From Tubiluchus corallicola (lineage: Eukaryota > Animalia > Priapulida), in the NCBI GenBank assembly GCA_030141605.1, contig JAQGDQ010000958.1, forward strand, positions 1-64,000: a stretch of DNA of 64,000 nt, read 5' to 3'. The notes below the pieces were generated by a model. That model did no database searches. It had not been told where the DNA came from and was given only the letters and a program-made list of their open reading frames with translations. Shown in pieces: positions 62,792 through 64,000 of this stretch. Positions within the stretch are counted from its first letter, which is position 1; each line of letters starts with the position of its first letter. The position numbers were made by a program, and so were the translations under genes.

Positions 62792-63530
62792 GTAACTTTG
62801 CTATCAATGTTTGTAACACCGAACCTTGTCATATTAAGATCAGCTGTAACTTTGCTATCAATGTTTGTAACATTGAATCTTGGCGTATAAAGATCTGCCA
62901 TAACTTTGCTATCAATGTTTGTAACATTGAATCTTGGCTTATTAAGATCTGCTGTAACCTTGTTACTAATGTTTGTAACACTGAATTTTGGCATATTAAG
63001 ATCTGCTGTAACTTTGCTATCAATGTTTGTAACATTGAATCTTTGCGTATTAAGATCTGTCGTAACTTTGCTATCAATGTTTGAACACTGAATCTTGGCA
63101 TATTAAGATCCGTCATAACTTTGCTATCAATGTTTGTAACATTGAATCTTGGCGCATTAAGATCTGTCGTAACTTTGCTATCAATGTTTGTAACATTGAA
63201 TCTTGGCGCATTAAGATCTGTCGTAACTTTGCTATCAATGTTTGTAACATTGAATCTTGGCGCATTAAGATCTGTTGTAACTTTGCTATCAATGTTTGTA
63301 ACATTGAATCTTGGCGTGTTAAGATCTGTCGTAACTTTGCTATCAATGTCTGTAACATTGAATCTTGGCGCATTAAGATCTGTTGTAACTTTGCTATCAA
63401 TGTTTGTAACATTGAATCTTGTCATACTAAGATCTGTCGTAACTTTGCTATCAATGTTTGTAACATAGATTACTGGTATATTAAGATCTGTCATAGCTTT
63501 GCTACCAATGTTTGTAACAGTGAATCTTGT
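62792..63530. repeat. 54-bp minisatellite, ~14 copies (cassette copy 2)
   Basis: Same unit as 58743-60725. Confidence 0.97.
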
Positions 63531-64000
63531 TGTGGGCTTTCAGCTGGAGTGCGTGGTACATCAGAATTTGCCATTTTTTACTCTGCCAAATAATTTATAT
63601 GCTTGAAATTAGTCAATGAATTCAGTATAACAACAATTTGGTTTACCAGTGCAGATGCTTCTTTTAGTGCGGACAGTGAAAGGGGTTCGAGGCGGAAACT
63701 CTAAAATCAAAGAACTACTTGCATTCAACAGGCCTTCAGAGACCATTTTAGTAGATAGAATAAACAAACAGAGCAGGTAACTAATTGTTTGCTAAGTGTC
63801 AGCGCTGGCAATAGAAAGTGAACAGCACAATGTTGAGCTAACAAAGTACACACACGTGCAAACATACATATATCCATTTGGAAATAGGCAAACTATATTT
63901 ACAATGGCAGACAAACAAAGATGACTTCGCATCAAACAGCATCTATGTTATTTCATTGTTATTTCATCACTCTGACACGGTGACAGCCTGTCACGATACC

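Larger units (their letters stand above)
58564..64000 (+). repeat. ~4.05 kb tandem segmental duplication (minisatellite + GPCR upstream region + GPCR)
   Basis: 58564ff (cacaaagtatctgtcgatg...) matches 62611ff, and ~60725-61189 matches ~63530-64000 nearly base for base. Confidence 0.92.

Overview
AT-rich, intron-rich animal DNA (probably an invertebrate; species cannot be determined from the sequence). Two spliced genes lie head-to-tail on the minus strand. The first is a complete numb gene: 9 coding exons from ATG at 27953 to stop at 4147, 409 aa, all splice phases consistent. The second is the 3' part of MED12 (Mediator subunit 12/kohtalo): 15 exons from 58448 to the stop at 33661, with upstream exons beyond the window. 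A single-exon class A GPCR (61365-62312, +) lies antisense in what is inferred to be a MED12 intron, inside a ~4 kb tandemly duplicated cassette whose second copy runs off the window edge. Introns are packed with non-autonomous DNA transposons (piggyBac-, Kolobok-, pogo/Tigger-, hAT- and Harbinger-like), SINE and LINE relics, and more than 15 tandem arrays. The most unusual signal is minisatellites built from real exon-intron junctions: 14 copies of a MED12 acceptor plus exon start, and ~11 copies of a numb exon end plus donor. Every decoy site checked gives a premature stop. Another array is built from a reverse-transcriptase YADD motif. Most long ORFs in the supplied track are tandem-repeat artefacts.
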